64,000 nt of DNA from a virus: positions 1 to 64,000 of the IMG/VR virus record IMGVR_UViG_3300005573_000062; one strand, written 5' to 3'. Within the stretch, counting starts at the first letter, position 1, and each line of letters begins with the position of its first letter. Positions 18,601-28,979 of this stretch are shown here, one piece after another. The notes under the pieces were generated by a model. It had not been told where the DNA came from, did not search any database, and saw nothing but the letters and a program-made list of their open reading frames with translations. A program made the translations under genes and the position numbers.

Positions 18601-20625
18601 ATGAATTCGTTTAAAATTGCTGCGGAGACCGGTCCTTACTGGATTAGCCCAAAAGGGAAAGTATATAAAGTGGATGAGCCTACTCATGAAGTGTGGGCTA
18701 ATATTAATTTCGATAAATCACCACATGAATTATTGAAAGAAGGCTGGGTAAGAATTCAACTTAATCCTTCTGGAATTTCTGGTATTGCTATTCAGGTGGA
18801 TTCACTTAATAATCTATCTGAGTCTGTTGACGATTTCGTTTATCAAAATCGAGGATATTATATAATAGTCGACGCAGGAAATAAAAATTATAATATAAAT
18901 TACGATGAATTTTTAGATTCTGGCAAAAGTTTAAGATCTTATATTGAATCTAAAAGTCCAATCGGTCCAACTTCAAGATTAAGAGGTGGTATCATGAATG
19001 ATTTTATTAAAGAATTAATAAAAGAAGCTGATTTTTATAAAGAAAAACAGGAACAAAAACCTATCAAATTCAAAGTAACTCCTTCTGAAAAAGGTAAAGA
19101 TTCTGAAACAAAAGAAGAAGCAACTTTTATGGATGTTAAAAATATTCAACAGGTTTCTGAAGAACTTAGAAAGTTAATATCTGATGTCGTATCTTTACAA
19201 AAAGTTGAATCTGAACTCAAGGAAAAACAAAGAAAATTTGAAGAAGCACAAAAAATAGTTCATGATAAATTGCATGAATTTTTAAAAAAATCATATATAT
19301 CTGTAATAGCTTTAGTAGGTAAAACTCCTAAAGATGTAATCGAATTTAAAAAAGAACTAGGAGACGTGCTCGATAAAAAGACGTTTGAGCGATACAGAAT
19401 AGAGCAGGAAGAAATAGAAAAAACTTTGCTTAATATAACTCAATTGAGTGCTAAAGTAGAAGAAGAATTTAATAAAAGAATACTCAATTTATATGATAAA
19501 TTAGAAAAAAATACAATGTATTTAGATAATGTTTTAAGAGCGATGGTTCGTGATGCTTCCGAAATGACATACGTAATAGGAGCAATGAAAGAGGTCGGAA
19601 AACCAGAAAGATACGCGATATATAAATCTTCTGTTGAAAAATCTCTTGAGAAAATTAGTCAAGAATTTAAAAACGGAAAAGAAATAGTAGAAAGTATTAG
19701 AAAATATATAAATGAATTTTTAAAAGATGTTGTTAATTCAGATGAGCATTTCCAAAAAGTTGTTAAAATTTTCGAAAGTGGAAGACTTGCAGACTATCTA
19801 TATGTTGATCTAGATGAGGAAATTAAACAAAAACTTTTAGGAGAGGATAAATTACAGTCGATGATTGAATTAAAATTCAAAGAAAAGTATCCTAATAGTG
19901 ATATAAAATCTGAAGTTGAAAAAAGAATACAAACAATTAAGAAAGATAATAAAGATATATCAGATGATGATGCTAGAAAAATGGTATTTAAAGAATTGTT
20001 TAATGAATTAGGTGGGCATACATATCCATCAGTGTACGAAGAAAAAGGGAAAGAATTACTTCAAACCCAATATAGAGAACAAGCTAGGGAACTCTTAAAG
20101 AATATTTTGCTTTCAAAAAATCCAGAATTAGCAAAGGATGAAACGAAATTAAATGAAGAAATCGATAAATATCTTAGTCAATATTTTAAAGGTTCGGAAG
20201 ATATCGAGAAGATTCTTAAAGAAGTTCAAAAAATTCCTTTACCTCATTTAGAAAAAGAATTAAAAAAATCGTTCTTAGAAAAGATTATAATAAATAAAGA
20301 TTACAAAAAGATTGATTTGATTTCTAAACTTTTAGAATCTAATTATGATTTAAATACAGCAATCCAGGTTATAGCTACTATTTCTGATATATCTATACCT
20401 GAAGTAGAAGCACTATCAAGTGCTCTCGATGCGTTGAATACTACAGCTGAATTGATCATCTCAGAAAGTAATAAATTGCAAGAATCGATTGCTAATATAA
20501 AAGAAGCAGGTAAAGAAATAGAAGAAGTTCTTTCTAAAAAAGTAGAAACAGAAGTAGAACCGACTTTTCAACCTGAGTTTGCTCTTGCTCCTGCTTCGTT
20601 AAAAAGCAAGATTGATATAAAATAA
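18601..20625 (+). CDS. Large helical protein, putative internal head protein
   Basis: GPYWISPKG..H...GWVRI N-domain then coiled coils; internal RBS+ATG at 18994. Confidence 0.6.
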   Translation: MNSFKIAAETGPYWISPKGKVYKVDEPTHEVWANINFDKSPHELLKEGWVRIQLNPSGISGIAIQVDSLNNLSESVDDFVYQNRGYYIIVDAGNKNYNINYDEFLDSGKSLRSYIESKSPIGPTSRLRGGIMNDFIKELIKEADFYKEKQEQKPIKFKVTPSEKGKDSETKEEATFMDVKNIQQVSEELRKLISDVVSLQKVESELKEKQRKFEEAQKIVHDKLHEFLKKSYISVIALVGKTPKDVIEFKKELGDVLDKKTFERYRIEQEEIEKTLLNITQLSAKVEEEFNKRILNLYDKLEKNTMYLDNVLRAMVRDASEMTYVIGAMKEVGKPERYAIYKSSVEKSLEKISQEFKNGKEIVESIRKYINEFLKDVVNSDEHFQKVVKIFESGRLADYLYVDLDEEIKQKLLGEDKLQSMIELKFKEKYPNSDIKSEVEKRIQTIKKDNKDISDDDARKMVFKELFNELGGHTYPSVYEEKGKELLQTQYREQARELLKNILLSKNPELAKDETKLNEEIDKYLSQYFKGSEDIEKILKEVQKIPLPHLEKELKKSFLEKIIINKDYKKIDLISKLLESNYDLNTAIQVIATISDISIPEVEALSSALDALNTTAELIISESNKLQESIANIKEAGKEIEEVLSKKVETEVEPTFQPEFALAPASLKSKIDIK

Positions 20626-20674
20626 CTTTTTTCAAGATAAAAAAGAAATTACGCTTTTAAGGCGAAAAGTTTCA

Positions 20675-22303
20675 ATGGATATAATAAACGAAATTTTCTC
20701 CGGTGAAATAAATAAAACAATAGCTGATAGAATTTTTAATTCATTGGATTCTGTATTTGATCCGTCCTATTGGTTTCTTAAAGAATTAAATATTAATTTA
20801 TACGACAATCAAATCGAAATCCTCAATGCAGTTACAAATCTGAATGAAAAATATGTTGCTATAATAGGTGGAAGATCCTCCGGAAAAACATTTGCAGTTG
20901 CAGGGGGAATAGTTTTTTTATGTATTATTTATCCAAAACTTCAAGTTGGAGTTTTCGGTCCTAAAGCAGCACAAGCAATAAGGATATTAGATGAAATAAA
21001 TTTTAGAGTTTTAAACGATAAAATCAAAAACACTTACTTAGAAATGGAACGTTGTAATAAAACATATCTTTTGTTTAAAAATAAATCATCTATTTTAGCT
21101 CAATCGGCGGCCCAAGAAACAGAAGGAGAAGGTTATCATTTTGACATTTTAGTATGCGACGAATCTCAACGAATTTCTGACTTCTCTTTTTCTCAAAGAC
21201 TAGCTCCAATGATTTCTTCCTCTTCAATTGGAAAAATTATTCAATTGGGAGTTCCTTTATATAAAGGGCATTTCTGGAGAGCCTTTCAGGAAGGAAGTCA
21301 GTATACTAAAATAATTCACGATTGGAAGAAATGTCCTAAATATCATTTAGGCGGTTCAATTAAGATAAATAATCAATTATATCCCAGAACGATAATTGAA
21401 CAAATGCCCAAGTCGTTAAAAATTAAAAATTTTCCAGATAATCCAGAATTGTGGTTTGAATCTACTACTAATATGTCAGAAGAAGACTTTATTACACAAT
21501 ATGAAATGGGATGGTTAAATAATCTAAGTTTAGTATTGACTGAGGACGATCAGATAAAATTATCTTCAGGATCTTTTGAACCATTAGAAGTTGGACATCC
21601 CTACGAAGAATATTATTTCGGTTTAGATTTTGCAGGAGGAGTAGCAATTGGGAATAAAGAAAAAAGTGATTTTACAGCTATCTCAGTTATTAGAAAGACT
21701 CCTGACAATAGAAAAGAAGTAGTATTTTCTCATGAATGGAAAGGTGATTTATCTACTCAAGTTGGAGAAATAATATATTTAATACATCCGCAAAAAGGAA
21801 GATTCAAATGTAAATTTGGGCTGGCAGATTATGGAAACATGGGGTCAGGACTTGTGGATATAATGATTAAAGAAGGAATTCCTATTAGAGGTTTATATTT
21901 TCATAGTAAAGATCCTAAGAGTGGAAAAAATTTCAAAAATGCTATGATAGATCATCTTATATTTGAATTACGAAATGATCGATTCTTTTATCCTTATTCA
22001 GCTATTCACAATATGACTCCTAGAAATGACGTTTATAAATTATTAAAAAAACACTTTGAAGAATGGTGTTCTTTGGAAAGACACATTTCATCTTCAGGGA
22101 TAAATCACGATATCAAATCACCAGATGAATTGCATGATGATGGGTGTTTCTCAAATGCTCTTGCTGTTTTTGCAGCAGATAATATGTTGACAGATGGACT
22201 AGCAGTAGGATATCAACTTCCAGGTGTTAAAAGATGTAATGGACTTTTCAAATCAAATATTTTTAATAGCGGCGGAAAAACATGGATAAGAAAGATATTT
22301 TAA
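20675..22303 (+). CDS. terL: Terminase large subunit
   Basis: YDNQ, GGRSSGKT, LVCDESQ, FGLDFAG, SDFTA, HDD. Confidence 0.92.
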   Translation: MDIINEIFSGEINKTIADRIFNSLDSVFDPSYWFLKELNINLYDNQIEILNAVTNLNEKYVAIIGGRSSGKTFAVAGGIVFLCIIYPKLQVGVFGPKAAQAIRILDEINFRVLNDKIKNTYLEMERCNKTYLLFKNKSSILAQSAAQETEGEGYHFDILVCDESQRISDFSFSQRLAPMISSSSIGKIIQLGVPLYKGHFWRAFQEGSQYTKIIHDWKKCPKYHLGGSIKINNQLYPRTIIEQMPKSLKIKNFPDNPELWFESTTNMSEEDFITQYEMGWLNNLSLVLTEDDQIKLSSGSFEPLEVGHPYEEYYFGLDFAGGVAIGNKEKSDFTAISVIRKTPDNRKEVVFSHEWKGDLSTQVGEIIYLIHPQKGRFKCKFGLADYGNMGSGLVDIMIKEGIPIRGLYFHSKDPKSGKNFKNAMIDHLIFELRNDRFFYPYSAIHNMTPRNDVYKLLKKHFEEWCSLERHISSSGINHDIKSPDELHDDGCFSNALAVFAADNMLTDGLAVGYQLPGVKRCNGLFKSNIFNSGGKTWIRKIF

Positions 22304-22446
22304 TGCGATTATATCAGATTTCAAATGAATTAAAAGAAATAGAGGTTTTTCTTAAGAATGAAACAGATTTATATTATGATTATTTAAGACATGCAATGCA
22401 AAATCTAAAAAAAGAAATGGAAATTTTGGAGGATGACAATGAATGA
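22303..22446 (+). CDS. 47-aa hypothetical protein
   Basis: TAATG coupling; MRLYQISNELKEIE...; fills the terL-portal gap. Confidence 0.5.
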   Translation: MRLYQISNELKEIEVFLKNETDLYYDYLRHAMQNLKKEMEILEDDNE

Positions 22447-23962
22447 AAATAAAGAAGGAATAAAAAAGGTCGGTGAACTATGGAATTCAGACTTAAATAA
22501 ACGAGTAATAACAAAACAGGCGTCGGCCGCTGGATCTGTTACTCTTACGAGCGCTCAATTTTATACTCCAGAATTAACTCCTGAAACCTGGCTATTACCA
22601 AAAAGTAGACAAGAAGTTTTAAGATGGGCTAGAATATATTTCAATCTTGAACCTTATATTCAGTCTATTATAATGTTTCATAGCAGATATCCTTTTTCTA
22701 AATTTAAGTTAATTGGAGAAGATAAAGGAATTGTAGAATTTTTCAACGAAGTCGTTGATAATGAAAGATGGAATCTATATGAATTTATCTTACAGGCTAG
22801 TTTATCATATCATCTTTACGGTGAAGCAATTCCAATGGGAGAATGGGATGAAAAAGATAAAAAGTGGAAAAAATTTATATTGTTAGAACCTGAATTAGTC
22901 GAGGTTAAACAAGGATTATTTGACGATGAAACTAAATTTGAACTTATTCTAACAGATGAAATTAAAAAACAAATAAACGATCCAAATGTAGATACTAGTA
23001 AAATTCCCGAAGCCGTAGTTGAAGCAATTAAATCAAATAAGAATATCAGATTAGATAACAAAAATGTTTCAATAATTGCTAGACTTACAAGTCCATCTGC
23101 TCTTAGGGGTACTCCAATTATACAATGTTTATTTAAAGTTTTAATTTATCAAGATTATATTCGTTTAGCTCAAATGAGAATAGCAGAACGACACCAACTT
23201 CCTTTTGAATTATGGACACTTGGCAACATAGATAAAAATATTCTTCCGTCAGATGAAGATCTTGAGAATTTTAAAAATATGATTAATTCAGCTATTCAAA
23301 ATCCTCCTTTTTCAATGGTTTATCCTCCAATAGTAGATTATAAAGTTCTCGGAGTAAAAGATAAATTATTGAATATATATGAAGATCTAGGATATGTTGA
23401 AAATCAGATTTTGGTTGGTTTAGGAGTCAATAAAAATTTGATACTAGGTGAAGGTCCTTCCTTTTCAAATACAAAAACAATATCTTTAAATAAATTGATG
23501 ATGGAATATCAAATTATAAGAGATACCTTCGAGAGATGGATTTACAATCATGTCTTTAGACGTATAAGTGAAGAAAATGATTTTTTTATACATAAGGGAA
23601 AGTTTAAAAAACTTATTCTTCCTAAAATCGAATGGGAAAAGAGTCTTAGATTGGATGAGGATGATGAAAGAAAAGTATATCAAGAACTTCATTCAAAAGG
23701 ATTTGTTTCCACTAAAACTCTGTTCAGCAAGTTTAGTAATTTAGATTATGATATGGAACGCAGACAACTCGAGGAGGAAAAAGGAACAATTTACGATAAA
23801 ACAGATGGGAAAAGAATTCCTGAAAAATTTGATCAATCTAAAGAAGAAGTTAGATCAGATAAGACTGTGGGGTTGGAGACCCCCCCTCTTCCGACCCCAC
23901 CTACTATGACAGAAGAGGTAAAACCTGAACTTCCTCTTCCTGAGATAAAAATAGGAGAATAG
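22433..23962 (+). CDS. Portal protein
   Basis: Follows terL; YHLYGEAIP, RGTPII, GLGV...LILGEGPSFS; 509 aa. Confidence 0.85.
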   Translation: MTMNENKEGIKKVGELWNSDLNKRVITKQASAAGSVTLTSAQFYTPELTPETWLLPKSRQEVLRWARIYFNLEPYIQSIIMFHSRYPFSKFKLIGEDKGIVEFFNEVVDNERWNLYEFILQASLSYHLYGEAIPMGEWDEKDKKWKKFILLEPELVEVKQGLFDDETKFELILTDEIKKQINDPNVDTSKIPEAVVEAIKSNKNIRLDNKNVSIIARLTSPSALRGTPIIQCLFKVLIYQDYIRLAQMRIAERHQLPFELWTLGNIDKNILPSDEDLENFKNMINSAIQNPPFSMVYPPIVDYKVLGVKDKLLNIYEDLGYVENQILVGLGVNKNLILGEGPSFSNTKTISLNKLMMEYQIIRDTFERWIYNHVFRRISEENDFFIHKGKFKKLILPKIEWEKSLRLDEDDERKVYQELHSKGFVSTKTLFSKFSNLDYDMERRQLEEEKGTIYDKTDGKRIPEKFDQSKEEVRSDKTVGLETPPLPTPPTMTEEVKPELPLPEIKIGE

Positions 23963-23965
23963 AAT

Positions 23966-24220
23966 ATGGCAATAGAAAAAAAAGGATCACCAGAAAAAAT
24001 TAGAACAATATTAAAAAATGTTGAACAATTCAATTCAGAAAGAGAATTGATAAGTGATTCTGCTAATAAAGTTAAATGTCCTATGTGTTTTAGATTAATT
24101 GCTAAAAAAGCAAATGATTGTATTGATATTAAATATAAAGATGAAGTTGTATTGATTAAAAAAGCAGAAAAAATATCGATAAAATGTCCGCATTGCGGAG
24201 CTGTTATTGATATATTATAA
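23966..24220 (+). CDS. Com-like zinc-ribbon protein
   Basis: KCPMCFRLIAK...IKCPHCG. Confidence 0.65.
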   Translation: MAIEKKGSPEKIRTILKNVEQFNSERELISDSANKVKCPMCFRLIAKKANDCIDIKYKDEVVLIKKAEKISIKCPHCGAVIDIL

Positions 24221-24235
24221 TATAAAATTGCTTTT
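24221..24235 (+). promoter_or_regulatory. Putative late promoter for the head operon
   Basis: TATAAAATTGCTTTT. Confidence 0.65.
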
Positions 24236-24310
24236 ATTTTGAAACGTTAAAATCTAGAGTTCAGCAGGGCGCCTTCCAGTCCGTTAATGAACCTGTAAAA
24301 GAGACGATTT

Positions 24311-24532
24311 ATGGAAAACGAGAATCAGGTTCAGGACATCGAAATATTAAAAGAAGAAGACAATATAAAAAAAGTAGTTTCTAATGCTTTACAAAAATTC
24401 ATGGGTAAAGCATTGGATTTAGCTAGAATTAGCGAAATGAGTGATCGAAGTTTCAATCAATTTCAAAAATCATTAAAGGATGAGTGCTATAATTTAATAG
24501 ATCAAATTACTGTTTTGATCTCTAAAAAATAA
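24311..24532 (+). CDS. Hypothetical protein
   Basis: 73-aa ORF in head operon. Confidence 0.6.
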   Translation: MENENQVQDIEILKEEDNIKKVVSNALQKFMGKALDLARISEMSDRSFNQFQKSLKDECYNLIDQITVLISKK

Positions 24533-24534
24533 TT

Positions 24535-24867
24535 ATGAGATTCGAGGATACCTGGCATAAAAAGATAAGTAAAATTGCAGGACATGCTCAAGATGAATCA
24601 TTAGAAATATTGCAGGATTTGTTAGATTCTGGATACGACAGAGTGCAATTAAAAACAAGTCCTAATGCTTGTTCTGTCTGCCTAAAGCACCAAGATGAAA
24701 TCAAAGATCTTGAAGAATACTTATCAAAGTTGAATTACGACGCTCCTATAGCTGAATGGACTCATCCAGATGATAAAAGTTGTTATCTTTTAGTTTATAA
24801 AGATATGCCAGATGAAGATCACCCAGAAGTAGCAGTTTATTATGATGGGAGTTATCAAGAATTATGA
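24535..24867 (+). CDS. MuF-like head morphogenesis domain protein
   Basis: ACSVC...HPDDKSC resembles MuF C..C...HPxCRC. Confidence 0.5.
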   Translation: MRFEDTWHKKISKIAGHAQDESLEILQDLLDSGYDRVQLKTSPNACSVCLKHQDEIKDLEEYLSKLNYDAPIAEWTHPDDKSCYLLVYKDMPDEDHPEVAVYYDGSYQEL

Positions 24868-27518
24868 TTTACAAGATTGGAAGTATAGGAAACATCATTT
24901 CGGTAGTTAAAAAGAATGTTACTCCATCTGTTAAACCTTCAGTTACCCCTAAAGTAACTCAGAATGTTACAGAGATTCCAGAAGGACGAGCAGGATTCTC
25001 CGGAACCCCTGTTCAGGTAGAGCCGCTGGATAAAGAGAATTTTTTATATTTTTGGGCTAGAGCAATTTCAGCAGGAGAAACATCAGGTCCAAATGGAAAT
25101 GGAGATTATTTTCCATTGGCCGAATTAATTAAATCGTATAAAACGTTTATTGGAAGAGGATTGTTTTTAAATCACGATTCCAAAGACGTCGAGAAATCTG
25201 TAGGAAAAGTTATAGATTCTCAAATAGTAGTAGATCCGGAAACCAAAGAAGTTTGGATTGAGTGTCTTTGTAAAGTTGATAAAAAACTTTATCCAGACAT
25301 TTGTAGAAAGATAGAAACAGGGGTCATTGATTCTGTTTCTATGGGGTGTTCGTGTGGTTCAGCCGTTTGCTCTATTTGCAATAAAGAAGCACATGCAGTT
25401 GAAGAATTTTGTGACCATCTTAGATATGGATTATTGACAAAATTTAATGTTGACGGGAAAGAATCTCTGTGCTATTCAATCAATAAAGATATTAATTTTG
25501 TTGAATTATCCCTAGTCGCTACACCGGCTGATTCAAAAGCTAAAATAAGAGATTTGATAGCTAAACTTAAACTAAATCGAATCTCAAATTCAAAAAGTGA
25601 GGTAAATATGGAAATACAGAGTGGAAAAACAGAAGATAAAGAAATAAAGATCAAAACGACTAAAGAAGAACAGGATTCTTCAAAAGATCCTTCTTTAGAA
25701 AAAATGCAGGATAATCTTGAAAAAGTTAAAACAACTAAAGATGAACAAGATGAATTAAAAAAAGTTCTTATGAAATTAAATGCATCTGAATATCTTAGTT
25801 TACTTAATTTCATCGAGAAGAAATCTGAAAAAGATTTATCTAATATCGAACGACATAAATCTTCAGAATATGAACAATTTCAAAAAGTAAACGATGAAAT
25901 TGAATCAGAAACGAAGAAAACAAAAGTAGATCCTGAATTAAAAGATTTAAAGGAATCTATTGTGTCTAGAAAAGCAGGCCAGATCGATGATCCTAAAGAC
26001 AAAGAGATGAAAGATATTGAAGAAAAGGATTTAAAAGAGATAAAAAAGAAGATTATCGAAAGATTGACTGAAAAATTAGCTAAGTTGAATAAAGAGGCTG
26101 AAGCTAAAGAAGGTGGAAAAGAATATTATTATTTTACAGGATCAAAAGAACCCAAACCTGCTTTTCCATCAGAACAAAAGGTTCAGTATAGCAGCCCGTC
26201 AGCTGGCAAAGATCCAACTCAGGTTGAAGAAGGGAAAACAACTAAAGATCTCGAGGAACAATATAAAGAAGAACAGAAGAAACCAGCAGACGAATGGAGT
26301 AAAGCTCAGGAAAGTGTTAAAAAGGAAGTCGAATCTGAAAATACTATTGAAAAATCTAAAAAGATAATAGGATTTGCTTCTGATAATGATGTTAAAATAT
26401 TTAGGGTTGCTAATAAAGCTGGGCAAGAGAATCTTTTAATATTTAAAAATGATGTTCTAGTAGGAGAAATTCCATTAAATGCTAAAGAGATGACAGATGA
26501 GGCTTCTAAGTTTATATCTGATAAAATTAAAAAATTAAGGGAAGAAGGAAAACCAGAGGATCAGGCTATAGCTATAGCTTACAGCATGGCTAGAGAAAAA
26601 GGATATGATGTTCCGGAGAAAAAAGCTGAATTGAATACTCAAGCTATTAAATCGGTTGTTGATGAGAAAAAAGAAGAAAAGTCTGAAAAAGCTCCAAAGG
26701 ATGAAAAAAAATCTGAAAAAGAGGAATCTAAAAAGGATACAAAGCCTTCAAAAGAAGAGAAGAAAGAACCTCTTAAATTAGATGAATTACTTAAAGAGAC
26801 TCCTAAAATGGATGAACTCAAAGAAACTCCTAAGACTGAAGAGAAAAAAGAAGAACCTAAATTAGACGAACTAATGAAAGAAGCCCCTAAGTCTGAAGAG
26901 AAAAAAGAGGAGCCAATGAAAGAAGCTCCTAAATTAGAAGAAAAAAAGGAAGAGCTTAAGGAAGAAGAAAAAGAAACAGGCACAGAAAAAGTGATAAAAA
27001 AGATGCATGATTTGTGGGAGAAGTTTAATATCAAAACAAAAATTGAACCCAGAAAATCTGCACAGCCTGTTTATGATTATATTTTAAATCTCTTGGAAAT
27101 ATTTGAAAGAGAAATAAGTCCTTCAAAAGAAGAAGGTGCTAAAGAAAAAGAAAAGAAGATAGAGGCTGAATTGGCGTTAGAAAGAACAAAATCAGCCCTT
27201 AGAGAAAAGTTGATATATGCGAGAAACCTCGTAGAGGAAATGTTGCAGAAAGGAATGATAGCTGTTGACGAATCTGCAATGAAACATGCACAAGCAGAAG
27301 GGAAAACAGTGATGGAATCTAAAAAAATAGGTATAGAAGCTTCTGTTAACAAACAGGTAGCGGATTTACTTAAAATGGATGACAAATCTCTGAAAGCTTT
27401 TGCAGATTCAGTTGGAAGGATTAATGTCACAGCTTCAAAGAAAGTTCTAAGTAATCCAATTAATGTTCCAGTCGATTCGAATGATGAAGATTGGATTGAA
27501 AAATTAGATTGGAAATAA
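24864..27518 (+). CDS. Prohead maturation protease fused to scaffold
   Basis: NGDYFP..EL, LFLNH, GKVIDS, SVSMGC..CSIC..CDH, ELSLVATPAD; then a long K/E-rich coiled region. Confidence 0.85.
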   Translation: MIYKIGSIGNIISVVKKNVTPSVKPSVTPKVTQNVTEIPEGRAGFSGTPVQVEPLDKENFLYFWARAISAGETSGPNGNGDYFPLAELIKSYKTFIGRGLFLNHDSKDVEKSVGKVIDSQIVVDPETKEVWIECLCKVDKKLYPDICRKIETGVIDSVSMGCSCGSAVCSICNKEAHAVEEFCDHLRYGLLTKFNVDGKESLCYSINKDINFVELSLVATPADSKAKIRDLIAKLKLNRISNSKSEVNMEIQSGKTEDKEIKIKTTKEEQDSSKDPSLEKMQDNLEKVKTTKDEQDELKKVLMKLNASEYLSLLNFIEKKSEKDLSNIERHKSSEYEQFQKVNDEIESETKKTKVDPELKDLKESIVSRKAGQIDDPKDKEMKDIEEKDLKEIKKKIIERLTEKLAKLNKEAEAKEGGKEYYYFTGSKEPKPAFPSEQKVQYSSPSAGKDPTQVEEGKTTKDLEEQYKEEQKKPADEWSKAQESVKKEVESENTIEKSKKIIGFASDNDVKIFRVANKAGQENLLIFKNDVLVGEIPLNAKEMTDEASKFISDKIKKLREEGKPEDQAIAIAYSMAREKGYDVPEKKAELNTQAIKSVVDEKKEEKSEKAPKDEKKSEKEESKKDTKPSKEEKKEPLKLDELLKETPKMDELKETPKTEEKKEEPKLDELMKEAPKSEEKKEEPMKEAPKLEEKKEELKEEEKETGTEKVIKKMHDLWEKFNIKTKIEPRKSAQPVYDYILNLLEIFEREISPSKEEGAKEKEKKIEAELALERTKSALREKLIYARNLVEEMLQKGMIAVDESAMKHAQAEGKTVMESKKIGIEASVNKQVADLLKMDDKSLKAFADSVGRINVTASKKVLSNPINVPVDSNDEDWIEKLDWK
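26750..26965 (+). repeat. Tandem coding repeat EEKKEEP(K)LDELMKE(A/T)PK in the scaffold
   Basis: 3-4 imperfect copies. Confidence 0.8.
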
Positions 27519-27538
27519 ATTAAGGAGGAAAAACTAGT

Positions 27539-28039
27539 ATGATAGACATAGTGAAAGAAGTGAATAGACTCCCAGGTTATAAGCCCAGTGGTGATATAAT
27601 ATCTGGTCAAGTTGTAAAACTTGTCGATAGTGTTACTATAAAAGCTTATGATGGGTCAGGTGAACCTCTTGGTTTCGCTTTAGATGATACTAAAGTTATA
27701 AATCCTGCAAATATACCGACGACTAAAGTTCCGTCTGGTTTTGCAAGATTGATAATGGATAAACCGAGTGGGGAATTTGTTCCGACTGGTGTGTTCTATA
27801 GTGAAATAAACAGAGGCGGGCTTGTCTCTGTTGGCGTGAACGGAGGAGTATATAATCTTCTGGACGATGGAAGAGGATCTCCTTTTGTAACTGGCGATAC
27901 ATATAATGTGGGTGCTCCTGCGTATGTTAATGCCAGCGGATTAGTAACTGCTGATAGCAATTCAGGTGCGAATCCCAAGGTCGGAATTATAATGAAAGCT
28001 CCTACTGATGGAGTTCTTCAGATAAAAGCATTAATATAA
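27539..28039 (+). CDS. Capsid cement/decoration protein
   Basis: Between scaffold and MCP; beta-tulip-like G.P.YV..SG.VT....VG. Confidence 0.7.
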   Translation: MIDIVKEVNRLPGYKPSGDIISGQVVKLVDSVTIKAYDGSGEPLGFALDDTKVINPANIPTTKVPSGFARLIMDKPSGEFVPTGVFYSEINRGGLVSVGVNGGVYNLLDDGRGSPFVTGDTYNVGAPAYVNASGLVTADSNSGANPKVGIIMKAPTDGVLQIKALI

Positions 28040-28052
28040 GGAGATTGAAAAT

Positions 28053-28934
28053 ATGGAAAATATGACCCCTATAGAAGTTGAAGCAAAGCTTAATGCTTTG
28101 TATAGATCCCCAGGCGGGATAGATAAAATAGCCCAAAGAATGCTTTTCCCGATAAAAAGAGACTTACTTTACGAGGGAAGGATTAGACAGATATTCACGA
28201 CCTATAAGTTGAGTCTCGGTGAAGAAGCAGTCTTTGACGGTGATGTGAATATACCGGCCGTTTCTTTGTCTGTAAAAGGTCTTCCTGAACAGGCGTTTGC
28301 GTATTCTGACAGAATCAGGATCGAAACCAGCCCGATAGCTGTTAAAGTTATCTTGAGATGGAATGAAACGAACTTCAGAAAATTTGACCTTTTGAACAGG
28401 TCGCAGGAACGTGCTAAATCAGTGCTTCAGATGGAAGAAGATGTAAGAGGTATTAAAGTTATAGATGCTGCTTCTGAACTTTTCCACTCTGCGATTCCTG
28501 ATGGTGGAGTTGGTGCTCTTACCCCGTCTGCGATGGCGAAAGGTATTGCTACTCTTAGGAAATTCCAGCAGATAGCTGCCAAATTGTTTATCAATCCTAT
28601 AAGGATGGAAGACTTGATGCTGTTGAACGTCAGTGCATCTGGTGGTAGTGGTACTGGTATATATTCACCTTATGTGCAAGAACAGATTCTTAAATCTGGT
28701 AGACTTGGCGTAATATGGGGAACTGAAGTTGTTGAATCTAACCGAGTTGCCGACAACAAAGCTTACATTCTTGCTCCGGCTGAATATGTAGGTGTAATGG
28801 CGATAAGAACTGACCTTTCTGTTGAAACGATGAAAGATGTCAATCAGTTTGGTGACATATTCGTTATATGGGAAGACGTTGGTTTCTTAGTGAGATACTC
28901 AAGAGGTATCTTACCGCTAGCGGTTACTCTGTAA
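28053..28934 (+). CDS. Major capsid protein (HK97 fold, no delta domain)
   Basis: PIKRDLLYEG.IR..., QERAK...MEED, G.IWG..V..S..V....Y; strong RBS; high-expression codon use. Confidence 0.88.
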   Translation: MENMTPIEVEAKLNALYRSPGGIDKIAQRMLFPIKRDLLYEGRIRQIFTTYKLSLGEEAVFDGDVNIPAVSLSVKGLPEQAFAYSDRIRIETSPIAVKVILRWNETNFRKFDLLNRSQERAKSVLQMEEDVRGIKVIDAASELFHSAIPDGGVGALTPSAMAKGIATLRKFQQIAAKLFINPIRMEDLMLLNVSASGGSGTGIYSPYVQEQILKSGRLGVIWGTEVVESNRVADNKAYILAPAEYVGVMAIRTDLSVETMKDVNQFGDIFVIWEDVGFLVRYSRGILPLAVTL

Positions 28935-28952
28935 CTGATTGTTATACTTTAA

Positions 28953-28979
28953 AGGGCGGAGGTTTTATTCCTCCGCCCT
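28953..28979 (+). terminator. GC-rich hairpin after MCP (terminator or stabiliser)
   Basis: AGGGCGGAGG-TTTTATT-CCTCCGCCCT; no U-tract on + strand. Confidence 0.6.

Noticed and set aside
20675-23962. Intein or intron in terminase or portal
   Set aside because: Lengths are typical and no intein or intron signatures were seen
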